A stretch of DNA of 63,501 bases, counting the filler, from Phoronis australis (taxonomy: Eukaryota; Animalia; Phoronida), in assembly GCA_002633005.1 (NCBI GenBank). It is 7 parts of 7 records of this genome, joined end to end, with 100 filler letters (N's around TTAATTAATTAA, not from the genome) between each part and the next. Parts side by side here need not be neighbours in the genome. Positions count along the whole stretch, not along the records: positions 11,086 to 42,155 come from NMRA01000088.1; 6 more parts are not named here. The stretch is one strand, 5' to 3'. The notes under the pieces are model-generated. The model was not told where the DNA came from. It made no database searches and was given only the letters and a program-made list of their open reading frames with translations. Shown piece by piece: positions 13,133 through 23,343 of this stretch (position 1 is its first letter; the number at the start of each line of letters is the position of its first letter). Made by a program: the position numbers and the translations under genes.

Positions 13133-13142
13133 CCATTTAAGG
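13133..13142. promoter_or_regulatory. CArG box (SRF site) upstream of actin copy A
   Basis: CCATTTAAGG is a perfect CC(A/T)6GG about 100 bp before a candidate 5'UTR donor at 13243. The paralogous site is CCGTATATGG at 22116-22125. Confidence 0.5.
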
Positions 13143-14023
13143 AGCGAACACAGTGTGGGGGAGACTTCATGGAAACTGGGATAAGTTCTGTAAAGAAATC
13201 AAGTTTCTTGTGAGAAAAGCGCGAATATCGCGTGAATGAAAGGTATTTCGGGACTTAAGTCGAAACCATACTAGGCTATGCTAGCCAAATGGCAACTGCT
13301 GAAATGGTTGGCTGTGTAGGCTGGAATTTTGCAATATGGGAGAAAATTCGCATATTCCATGATACCAGAAGTGGAGATTTATTGCTGCAAATGATTTGCA
13401 CTAATGCATGTACCCTTGCTTCCTGGTAAACACTGTAGTTCAGTTTGCGCTAATCTGATATGATAGGAGGATTACTTTGCTTCACGGAACTGGATGAGAA
13501 AGTTGTTTTAAATATCTGTCAATAGGTAAAACCATGTTTTTTGTTATCCTTTTAAGTATCCCACAGCACAACAGTGGTAATTTGATGGCATGTTGAATGC
13601 AAATAATTTCGAAAAAATGCAGTGAAAGCCCATTGTTTTAAACCTCATCCAAATTTATCCAAATCAAAGAAGATTCCAGGTGGCACTGAAAATTGTCCCC
13701 CAAATAAGAACTCTATCATCATCCAGTGATATAACAAATAGCATTTCCGAACCAGAAAGTGGTCTTCAGGGATCTGTACAGTGTCAATATGTTTGGTATT
13801 CTCATGCCATAGGATAAATTTTGATATCTAATTATGTTTGTAAGTCTTCTAATGCATTTTGCTGAGTATTGTTACTCCAAACAGATGTTCATTCTCTTGA
13901 GAAAACTACATGTTGGGCATAAAACACTATGCAATTGAAGCTTAATATCAAAATGTTAATTGGACATCCTTGCTGTTCATTCGAATTACTCAGTGACTTA
14001 ATTCCTGCCCTAGATAAAACAAA

Positions 14024-17000
14024 ATGGAGGCCGATGATGACGATATCGAGGCACTCGTTATAGACAACGGATCAGGGGTATTCAAGGCAGGATTCTCAGG
14101 AGACGATGTCCCAAGGGTGGTCTTTCCTTCAATTGTGGGACGACAGAGTCACCAAGTGAGTTTTCAAATCAATACATTAATTTTTATTTGGTAAGAAGAT
14201 ACAAATTCCAATTAATCATGTCTTTGACTGAAAGTTAATATTGGTACGGAAATTAAATTTTTGAACAGAAAAAGTAAAGGTGTTTCAACCATAGCTGTAG
14301 TTGGTCAGTTCGTCTACTGTATGGGTGGCTTGAATAAAAAGTGATATTGCCTAGCCTGGCCACCTCACCCCAGAATGGAAGTCGTCATTTCAGCCAATCA
14401 TATGAAAGAAGTATCAGTACCATAGCTGTGAAATAATACATCTTACACATCTAATAAATCTTACACACCAAAAAGTCAGTTTTTGCTCAGTCAATCACAA
14501 ATCTGAGCTCTCTGTTTAAAGCAGGCACTGACTGGCGTCGGAGACAAAGACAGTTACATTGGCAATGAGGCACAGTTTAAACGAGACATCCTTACACTGA
14601 ATTATCCTATGGAACATGGAATCGTCACCAACTGGGATGACATGGAGAAAATCTGGCGACACGGCTATAACCAGCTGCGTGTCGCCCCTGAGGAGCACCC
14701 CGTCCTATTGACTGAAGCCACGCTTAACCCCATGGCCAACAGAGAGAAAACAACTCAAATTATGTTTGAGAAGTTTAATACCCCTGCCTTCTTTGTCGCC
14801 GTTCAAGCTGTAATGTCTCAGTATGCATGTGGGCGGGTCTCCTCAATCGTGCTTGAATCTGGCGACGGTGTTTCACTCGTGGTACCCCTTTATGAAGGTA
14901 AGTGCCCCTTGTTGTACTGATTTTGTAGCTTTCTTAGAGGGCGACATTTATGTATCTGGGATTTTTAAAGCCACAACACTTGGGAAAGTGTAGCAGGAAC
15001 ACTGTATTCTGACAGGAAACCATTTACAACCTTAGAAAGAGACAACTTAATAGTTATAGTAAGACTCCCATAAATCGGATCAGGGACTCATCTGGCAGCC
15101 GTCACTGGGACAACCACTTTCAAAAATGACAGCTTGGAAGGCAATAGAGAAAAACCTCTTTCAAGACAACATCTGCGTAAACGATGGGTAAACAAAGGAT
15201 TTTAAAATTTCTTACTGATAAATGTTATTGAAACCTACATTTCGTTATTTCAGTTCTACATCAATTGAAATCACAGACTATTACCGTCTCTTTTTACCAC
15301 GAATGTCATATTGACTGTTGGCAATTGCTGGCAGCCATGTTTTTGGGGAAATAGCTTCCTGTCCTGTGACGTCAGGGTGATCTCACATGGAATACCCGCA
15401 TATGGCGAGTGTCAATCCCGTGATTTGTACCCCCACTTTTCAAATCCTAGATGAGTCCCTGGGAAGGATTCAACGGGACTGAGATTTTGTCTAGGACAAA
15501 CATCTGACTTGCGCATGTTCGACTTATGGTAGTTTTACTGAGACTAAGTTGTTGGTTTCAAAATCTAAAGACCACTTGATAACCTTCTTTCCTTACAAAA
15601 TAACTTCCTTCTTCATTTTAGTACCTCACATTGTAAAGTGTCAAGAGTCTATTACATACATATGATAATTAAAAAAAACTGTCAAGAGTCTATTACATAC
15701 ATGTGATAATTAAAAAAAACTGCCAGTAACATGTCAACTGTAGGTGAGAGAAAAACAGTCTGGGTTGCGGACGAGGAACTGATGCATAGGACAGAGCACT
15801 GAGTACCAGATATCACAAACTCTTCCAAAGTTTTGTGTGCAAAAATGACTGACAAAGGTCCACAAACCAATAATAATAAGTATTTCTTGTCACCAGGCCA
15901 TGTCACATTCCATGCCATCAATAGAATCGATCTGGGAGGAAGAGACATCACCTGTCACTTGATGAACATTCTGAATGAGCGAGGTTATACATTCTCAACA
16001 ACAGGTAAAGAGTTAACTACCACCTGGCATGACAACTGCATCTTTTCTTTAATAGAAACACCGTAAGTAGCGTAATTGTTATTACAAGTTGGGATAGACT
16101 TCTTCACGTGATTAGCGTTGACCAAAGCTATTAAATTTAAAAACCTGTCGTCGTTATTTGCCAGATATTTGCTGAAATCAAGGCCAACGATTTCACCAAA
16201 TAAAGTCTGTTAAATACTGACATTTATGGAAGGGTGTTAAGCTTTTGCTGACCAGTACACATCACCTGCAGCACACTTTCTTATGAACACTTTGTGCAAA
16301 ACCCAGTTTATGTCTACTTGCAAATGTAACACTGCAGGAGAAAGAGACATAGTCCGGGACATCAAAGAGAAACTGTGCTACATTGCGCTGGACTTTGAGC
16401 AGGAAATGGCAACGGTGTCTAACTCTTCGAGTGTAGAAAAAAGCTACGAGCTACCAGACGGAAAAGTCGTTACCATTGGCAACGAGAGATTCAGAGCACC
16501 TGAAGCATTATTTCAGCCTTCTTTTGTTGGTGAGTGTATCCTAAGAAGGGTATATACTCCTGCTTTGCAAAAACAGAAGGTCTAGCGTCTAAACCAATAG
16601 ACAAGTGTCTAGAACTTGGGAACTTGTAAAATGTAAAGAGAAAAATTCAGAGGGACAGTTATCAACAACTTACAGAAACAAACTCCCTTGCTTATTTTTC
16701 ACATCATTGCATAAGTTACGCCATTTACAAAGTGACATGATTATTGCGTAATTTAGGTATGGACGGCCATGGTATTCACGAGACGGTGTACGACTCCATT
16801 ATGAAGTGCGACATTGACATTCGAAAGGACCTGTTCTGTAACATTGTTGTGTCAGGAGGCAACACTATGTATCCAGGTGAGGACAGGTCTTTTCAGACAC
16901 TGAATTTGTCGGTTATGGACCACTAAACTTGTCATGATCAAAGTGAAAGTCAATGAAAAGTGTGAAATGGGTATAAACGAATCTTGTAGTGCCTGACTTT

Positions 17001-18802
17001 GCAAGATACAGTGTATTCTTGTTCCAATCAAAGCATTAAATCCACACCACAGATAACAGCTCCACCAAGTGCTTTTGGCACAGAGCTAGCTTGTTCCCCA
17101 TTCAGTTGGGCAGACCATCATATCATTTTTTGAGCACAAAATGGCAACACTACTACAAATTCCTACTCAATGAGTGTAAGATCTATCAGTTATTCCCAAC
17201 CGCACTAGGACTACTTATAGGGACAGCATCAGTTTTATAGGCAGAAAATCTGTTTTTGGCATTATTTTTGTGTGAGACATATGTTGGGAAGTAATTAGCT
17301 TTGACCAGAGCTATAAAACAACAAAATCCGTTAAGTTTTTATGATTTTGCTACAAATTGCCAATTCTGGCCATTGTCTGCCAGACATTTTCTGAAACCAA
17401 TTAATTTCAAGGTTGTGGAAGACCTCATCAACAAGTATGTACATTTAACAAACTATCTAGAAAAGTTTAAATTTTAACTCAGTAAAAGTATATATTTTCT
17501 GGAAGTAGAAAGACCGGGTAATTTGATTTTAGGCTTTTCAGCAAACTGTTATTAATGGGGTCACCTGACCATGTCTTTTTAGTGAAATGAAAAAGAAAGG
17601 TACATTGATAGCAAAACAAGGGTATCAATGACACGATCAAATTTTATTTGATATAAATGTTCAAGGTAAGATATCAAAAACGCTCTTACATTTTTCAAAA
17701 ATATTTTTTTGTTTTCACTTTATCGATTTTAAAGATTTTTCATAAAAATCATAAAAGTACTCTTTTTATAACTCCTCACGCAAAAGTGGAACATTGTTAA
17801 AACAATTCCTAATAGCGTATTTGAGAATAGTGCATAAATCAATGTATCCGAAGCTTTCATAATAATCCAATCGGCCGTTTCTTAGATATGGCAGTCGGAA
17901 GTTTGCCAAATTTGACCATTTTTTCTGGTCCTAAATAACCTTAACCAGGCCACTAGGTGACGACACATCAATCGAAGATTGAATGCAATTGCTATCAGTT
18001 ATGTGACAAATCTTTGTAGGCCATTGTCAAGCATTTTGACATTCTAAAATTTTTCTAGAGTCGTTTAAGCATCGATTTTTCCAATAGTGCAATGGAAGAT
18101 TTGCATGAAATTTTGCCCACTAATTTTAAGTGTGGTTTATGAGAAAGGGAATAATGACCATCTCAAAATTTAAATATAAAAAGAAAACATAGGTTCACAT
18201 GAAACAAAACAACATAAAAAAATCTGAGCAAATTCTTTTCGTGAAAAGGTTCAAAATAAAATTAAAAAAAAAAACACTAGCAGTTTTCTAAATTATCCTT
18301 TCTGTCTGAAACAACCTTGTCATGAAATCTTGATAGCCACAATTTTCCACAGCTTTCATGCCACAGTAGATAACTTTAAAAACAATTCCCGGCAATGTTT
18401 TGGAGCACAGTGGATAATGTAAACTATATGAATTTTTTTAAAACCGACCAGCCCTTTCTGAGATATCACGTACCAAATTTAAGCAAATTTGGGCATTTTT
18501 CTTGGGTCTCACATAACGAACATTAATGAGTGAGATAATAGAACAATTTAATGTTGAAATTAGTTAACTTCTTGGAGCTTGAACTGGTCATTGCAGGAAT
18601 TGGCGAGCGTATGCAAAAAGAGATATCAGTCATGGCTCCCAGCAGTGCGAAGGTGAAAATCATAGACCGGCCAGAGCGTAAATACTCGGCATGGATTGGT
18701 GGATCCGTCTTGTCATCTCTGGCAAGCTTCTCACAGATTTGGATCAGCAAACAGGAATATGAGGAGATTGGACCAAGCATTGTGCACAGGAAGTGTTTCT
18801 AA
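14024..18802 (+). CDS. Divergent actin (copy A), 6 coding exons, 377 aa
   Basis: Exons 14024-14155, 14522-14897, 15897-16004, 16338-16529, 16757-16876 and 18597-18802 total 1134 nt, open, all GT-AG. Motifs [33 protein letters not shown] and HRKCF*. Confidence 0.95.
15640..15721. repeat. Short tandem duplication (2 x 41 bp) in actin A intron 2
   Basis: GTCAAGAGTCTATTACATACAT.TGATAATTAAAAAAAACT occurs twice. Confidence 0.8.
17440..17945. mobile_element. Dispersed non-autonomous DNA-transposon-like repeat in actin A intron 5
   Basis: Shares GGGTCAC.TGACCAT.TCTTT...GGT.CATTGATA and AAAACAATTCCTAA blocks with about 30560-30960, and is absent from the paralogous intron. Confidence 0.5.
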
Positions 18803-19324
18803 TTGGATGATTTGAGCGCTGGAAAAGTGCTTGATGGACAGACTTGGACTTTAGAAATGATTTGACAGCAATGAATATTGTTTACTTGTTTATTAATCAT
18901 AATTAATTTTGCTGACAGTAAATTTTACGCTCAAAGATTGTTACTCGTGGGTCATGTCTTATGTTCCTAAAACTGACGAAGGAATGATTGGCAACGTCAA
19001 ATACAGGAAGTCCTTTGACTGACCAATTTACTCACATCAACTATCTGTGCTTGATTGGCAGATTTGAGAACAGGAAATTGGTGACTCACTAGAATACAAG
19101 TTTTTAGAGATCTTTGCAAGACTAAGACACCATTCTCACTCAAAACAATAAATAGATGCAGGGAACAAAATTTTGAAGACTGCAGTCCTATAGACCACAA
19201 CAGACCAATATCAATGTCTTGTCGTCACCAATTGTAACTAAGAAAATATGACTGGATGGTCAAGCTCTAGATATATTTAGAAATCTAAAAATCAATTTAA
19301 TAAGTTATTGTAATCAGCTATAGT

Positions 19325-19770
19325 GTTAGAAGTGTAAAAGTCTTGCCAAGCGACCGTTCTTGATGTTACAGTTAGTGAAAATAATGATACCTGGTTATCT
19401 TGGACATACATTTTTGTGTTAATTGCTATTCCCCTGGTGTGTACTTACTATCCAAAGAACAACAGAAAGTGGTGTAAAGGACCCAACAAAAGGCCAGCAT
19501 GTTGGCTCTGCATTCACGTCCACTGAACAAACATGAATAATCTATACCAACTGTCTAATTGGGAGCAAGACATCACTTTCCTTAATAGATGTGAATGCGG
19601 AACCAAGATGGATGCCATTTGTTGGGCCGATGACATCATATCCTGTTGGTCCATGTATAGTAAATACACGCCGGGGAAAAGCAGTTAACACAGAAAAATG
19701 TATTTTCAAAGGAACCTGGGATCTCTATTATGCTAAACATAACATCGAAAATGCTTGCGTTACTCTTTAA
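19325..19770. mobile_element. Degenerate foldback/MITE between the two actin copies
   Basis: 19416-19520 is an imperfect reverse complement of 19588-19691 (GTGTTAATTGCTATTCCCC / GGGGAAAAGCAGTTAACAC). Confidence 0.65.
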
Positions 19771-21193
19771 CATGTAGCATTACTCCAGTTGACACAGTAC
19801 CGGATGGCCAGTAAACCTCCCATGCACTAGCGTCCCAGTCAGAAGGACCTGAAAGATCTACTCACATTTCAGAAACCAATACTAAGAACCAGGTCAATGA
19901 GCCTGATGATTACAGCATATCTATTAGTAATGCGTAGATGTACATTCAAGTTGAAAAAAGCTATAAACCTGTCAGTCAAAGGTTTGTGTTGTGGTTGCTG
20001 TGATATGTATTTATTTGTAGTTCAAACACATTTGTCATTAACTTTGTACAAAAAGATTTGAGATCAGTTAAGAAATCAAATTAAACTGTTTGTTTTCCAG
20101 TAGAGGCATAGCACACATAGCCTATATATAAATACAAACAGTAAACTGAATCCAAAAAAGTACTGCTCTCTTGGTACAAAATCGCTGCACTTGAATGATT
20201 TTGCTTCGTCAGGTATTCTTGTAATCTTGTCATTTTATTTTTGCCTGCGTATGAGTCTCGAAATACTGCTGTCATTTTAATCATTAGTTTCTTACGTCTC
20301 TTGGCTGTCTGCTTCACTGTTGCGCAGTGAACGACCATCACAGACATAGAGAGGTCGAGAGAACTTTGTTGAAAATTATTAATCACGAACATTGTCACAA
20401 ATTTTGTCAACACGAGGGGCTGCTACCAACTTATTCTGAAAGTGCGAATATTGAACTTTTGGGGAAACCCAGGATTATTTTCTTAAATAAAATTTTCACC
20501 TTTTCTGACAAGTGATTTTCAGTGGCCCAAATGGAAAACAGCATCTCAAATCAAGGAACTTGCCTGTAATCCTTCATTTCACTTCAGGATTGCACTAGTT
20601 GTCTTGAGCACATAGAGTCATTTAAACAAATTTTAACTTAAACACACAGAAAAGCAATAAAAGTATTAATAAAAATGATAACGGTTTTTAGCTAAATATT
20701 AACATGTGAAGTTGAAAATGCACATTTAACCCGAACGTTTAAGGTACTACTTTTAACTCTTTAACTTTGGTAACATAATTTAATTAGTGTTTTTGACTTA
20801 AAAAAATTTAGACATAGCTGATAATTTAAACTGCAAAAAAAATAAAAAATACAATTTCATTTATTTTTGAAATTCACTTAACTTGCGGATAATATGTGAC
20901 TACTATTTATAGTAATGGATAACATGAATTAAATAAGGCCAATATCTACAAATTTGATGTAAGTTACTGACAACACCAAACAGAACATGTACACATACGA
21001 AAACAAATTTAATTGTTTAAATCCTGTGTAAATACATTAAAAGTTTACTATAAGAATGAATATATTATATAACATTAAAACTTTCCATTTACTTGCTTTA
21101 TTCAGCCTTTCAAAAGAAATGTCAAAAATTATCCATTAAACTGAGGGCTTGAACAATAGCCAGAGGCTTTACAAATGTACACAAGCCACACAA

Positions 21194-21221
21194 AAAGTAG
21201 GTCAAATTGATGACCTATTTA
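21194..21221. promoter_or_regulatory. Inverted RORE-like pair, actin copy B
   Basis: AAAGTAGGTCA AATTGA TGACCTATTTA, differing from copy A only in the spacer. Confidence 0.45.
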
Positions 21222-23343
21222 ACACACTCCACAGACTGTAAGGATTTGTCTTGAGAAAACTGTCAATGCAGGGAAAGCCTCGTACCACAAAAAGCCATGG
21301 AAAAAGGTAAATGAACACCGAACTGGCTCTTATAGGACATAACATGATGACAGGCCATGTCTTAAGGCCAAAAGAAAAATATAGGAAGGTGTTGGACAAG
21401 ATTAGAACTTCTTCATGACATAGCACTAAAGAGGTCAAGTCCAACATCAAGCTAACAAAGGTAATCTAACTAATTCCATGGGATGGTGTAAAAGTAACCC
21501 AAGGAAATGAATTACTACAGATTAACACTAAAACATATTTACAGAAACAGTTGTGCCATTTATAGTCAGAACAGTTTAAAAATCTGTTTTTGTCTGGGAT
21601 ACATTTTGAGCTTTTAAACTTAGTGTATACGTTGGTAGGATAAGCTACACAGCATAATTACATTCTAGCTTGAAGTCAGCTATTTTGATTTCACCTCATT
21701 ATGTCTTTAACTATGAGAATGTCGCCTGTACTTAACAAAGACTGACAGATCAATTGGAATTGTAATGGACAATTAAGGTTGTGTTATATTTGTAAAAAAA
21801 TAACCGATGAAAGCATGTGAAAAAAGTTTACACGTCAACCACAAATGGCCTGCTTGCTTTTATAAATTTAAGACTTCATCAAACAGCAAATGATGGGACA
21901 GAAATCACACACAGAAAATACCCGTATTATTACCTATTTGTTTAAATAGAAATTCAGAACAATGAATGGTTTTAAGGGCATAAGGCAACTGGGTGGTGGA
22001 CGCAACTGTGCTAGACAAAGAGTTTGTCTAAAGCTGTAATTAACAAATCCTAGGCATGAAGATATCAAAAGGTTACTGCTATGTGTTGGCCCTAATACGG
22101 AATGATCTTAAACGACCGTATATGGAGTGAACACAATGTTGGGGACACTTCACGGATACTCAGTGGTGTGTTCCGAAGAACTATACTTGTGAGAATTGCG
22201 ACATCGCATGAACGAAAGGTGAGTATTTCACGACAAAACTTAAAACCATACAAGCGTAGGCTGCCGAAATGGCAACTGCTGAAATGTTTGGCTGCCAGGG
22301 CTTGTGGAATATTGAAATATAGTAGAAAATTCATGGTTTCCATACTAGAAGTGGAGATATATTGCCACAAATGTCTACGGCACGTACCCTTGGTTCAAGG
22401 GAAAGCACTGCAGTTCAGTTCACAAGAGTCTGATCCAATACAAAGCACTCAACATACGATACAACTACTCAGATATATGAGAAAGAGCTATGTGCCAATT
22501 CTGAGATAGACAAATCACAGTTTTTTCATTCATGAACATTTTTGTAATTTGGCCTCGAATCAGAGGAGTAGGCTGTAGGTGGCGCTGAACATTGTCCACA
22601 AAGCACTCTATCATCATCGCTTGACAAAAAAACAACATTTGCTCAGTGTTGACTAAAAAACAAAAAAATGGATTATACCAGTTCATAAATTGGATTTATA
22701 GTGTATCTTAATGTGATAAGGCTGCATGTATTTATACCAACAAGAACACCGAAATCAAAAGCAACTCGGGAAACCGACTCGGACTTTGTTGGGGTTAGCC
22801 AACTGTAACATAGCATATTGCATGTACGCATTGTCTGTGATTCGAATTGCCGGCTCATTCAGCAACAACTCAATAACGGATGAGTCAAGCAGCCCCTTTA
22901 GGTCTACACCATTTTGGTGTCCACAAACTGAACTTTGGAAGAGAATAACCAGCATTAAAGAATAGCTCAACTTCGTTCTTAGCACTATTTGCTAAAAGAT
23001 GGCCCATCGCAATGAATATTCGTGACCTTGTAAAGAATATTCCAGAAGAATATTTGTAAGTTTTTTTACACATTCTACCATGAATTTTTACTTTGAACAG
23101 ACGTTCAGTCTATTGATGAAGCTTCTACGTTTAGAAGGCTTTATTTCTGTTTCTGTTGACAAAGGACGTTATTACATCCGAAAATTTCAGTTGATCCATA
23201 CTTGTTGTTTTATTTACCTATTTATATTCTAGAAGGATATGAAATGCAATAAAATTGAAGCATCGTGTCAAAATGTTTATTGGAAACTCTCGCTGTTCAT
23301 TCGAATTACACAGTGACTTTATTCCTGGCCTAGATAAAACAAA

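Noticed and set aside
22102-22509. 135-aa ORF upstream of actin B
   Set aside because: It spans the promoter/5'UTR region, and the paralogous segment at about 13120-13450 does not preserve the frame.
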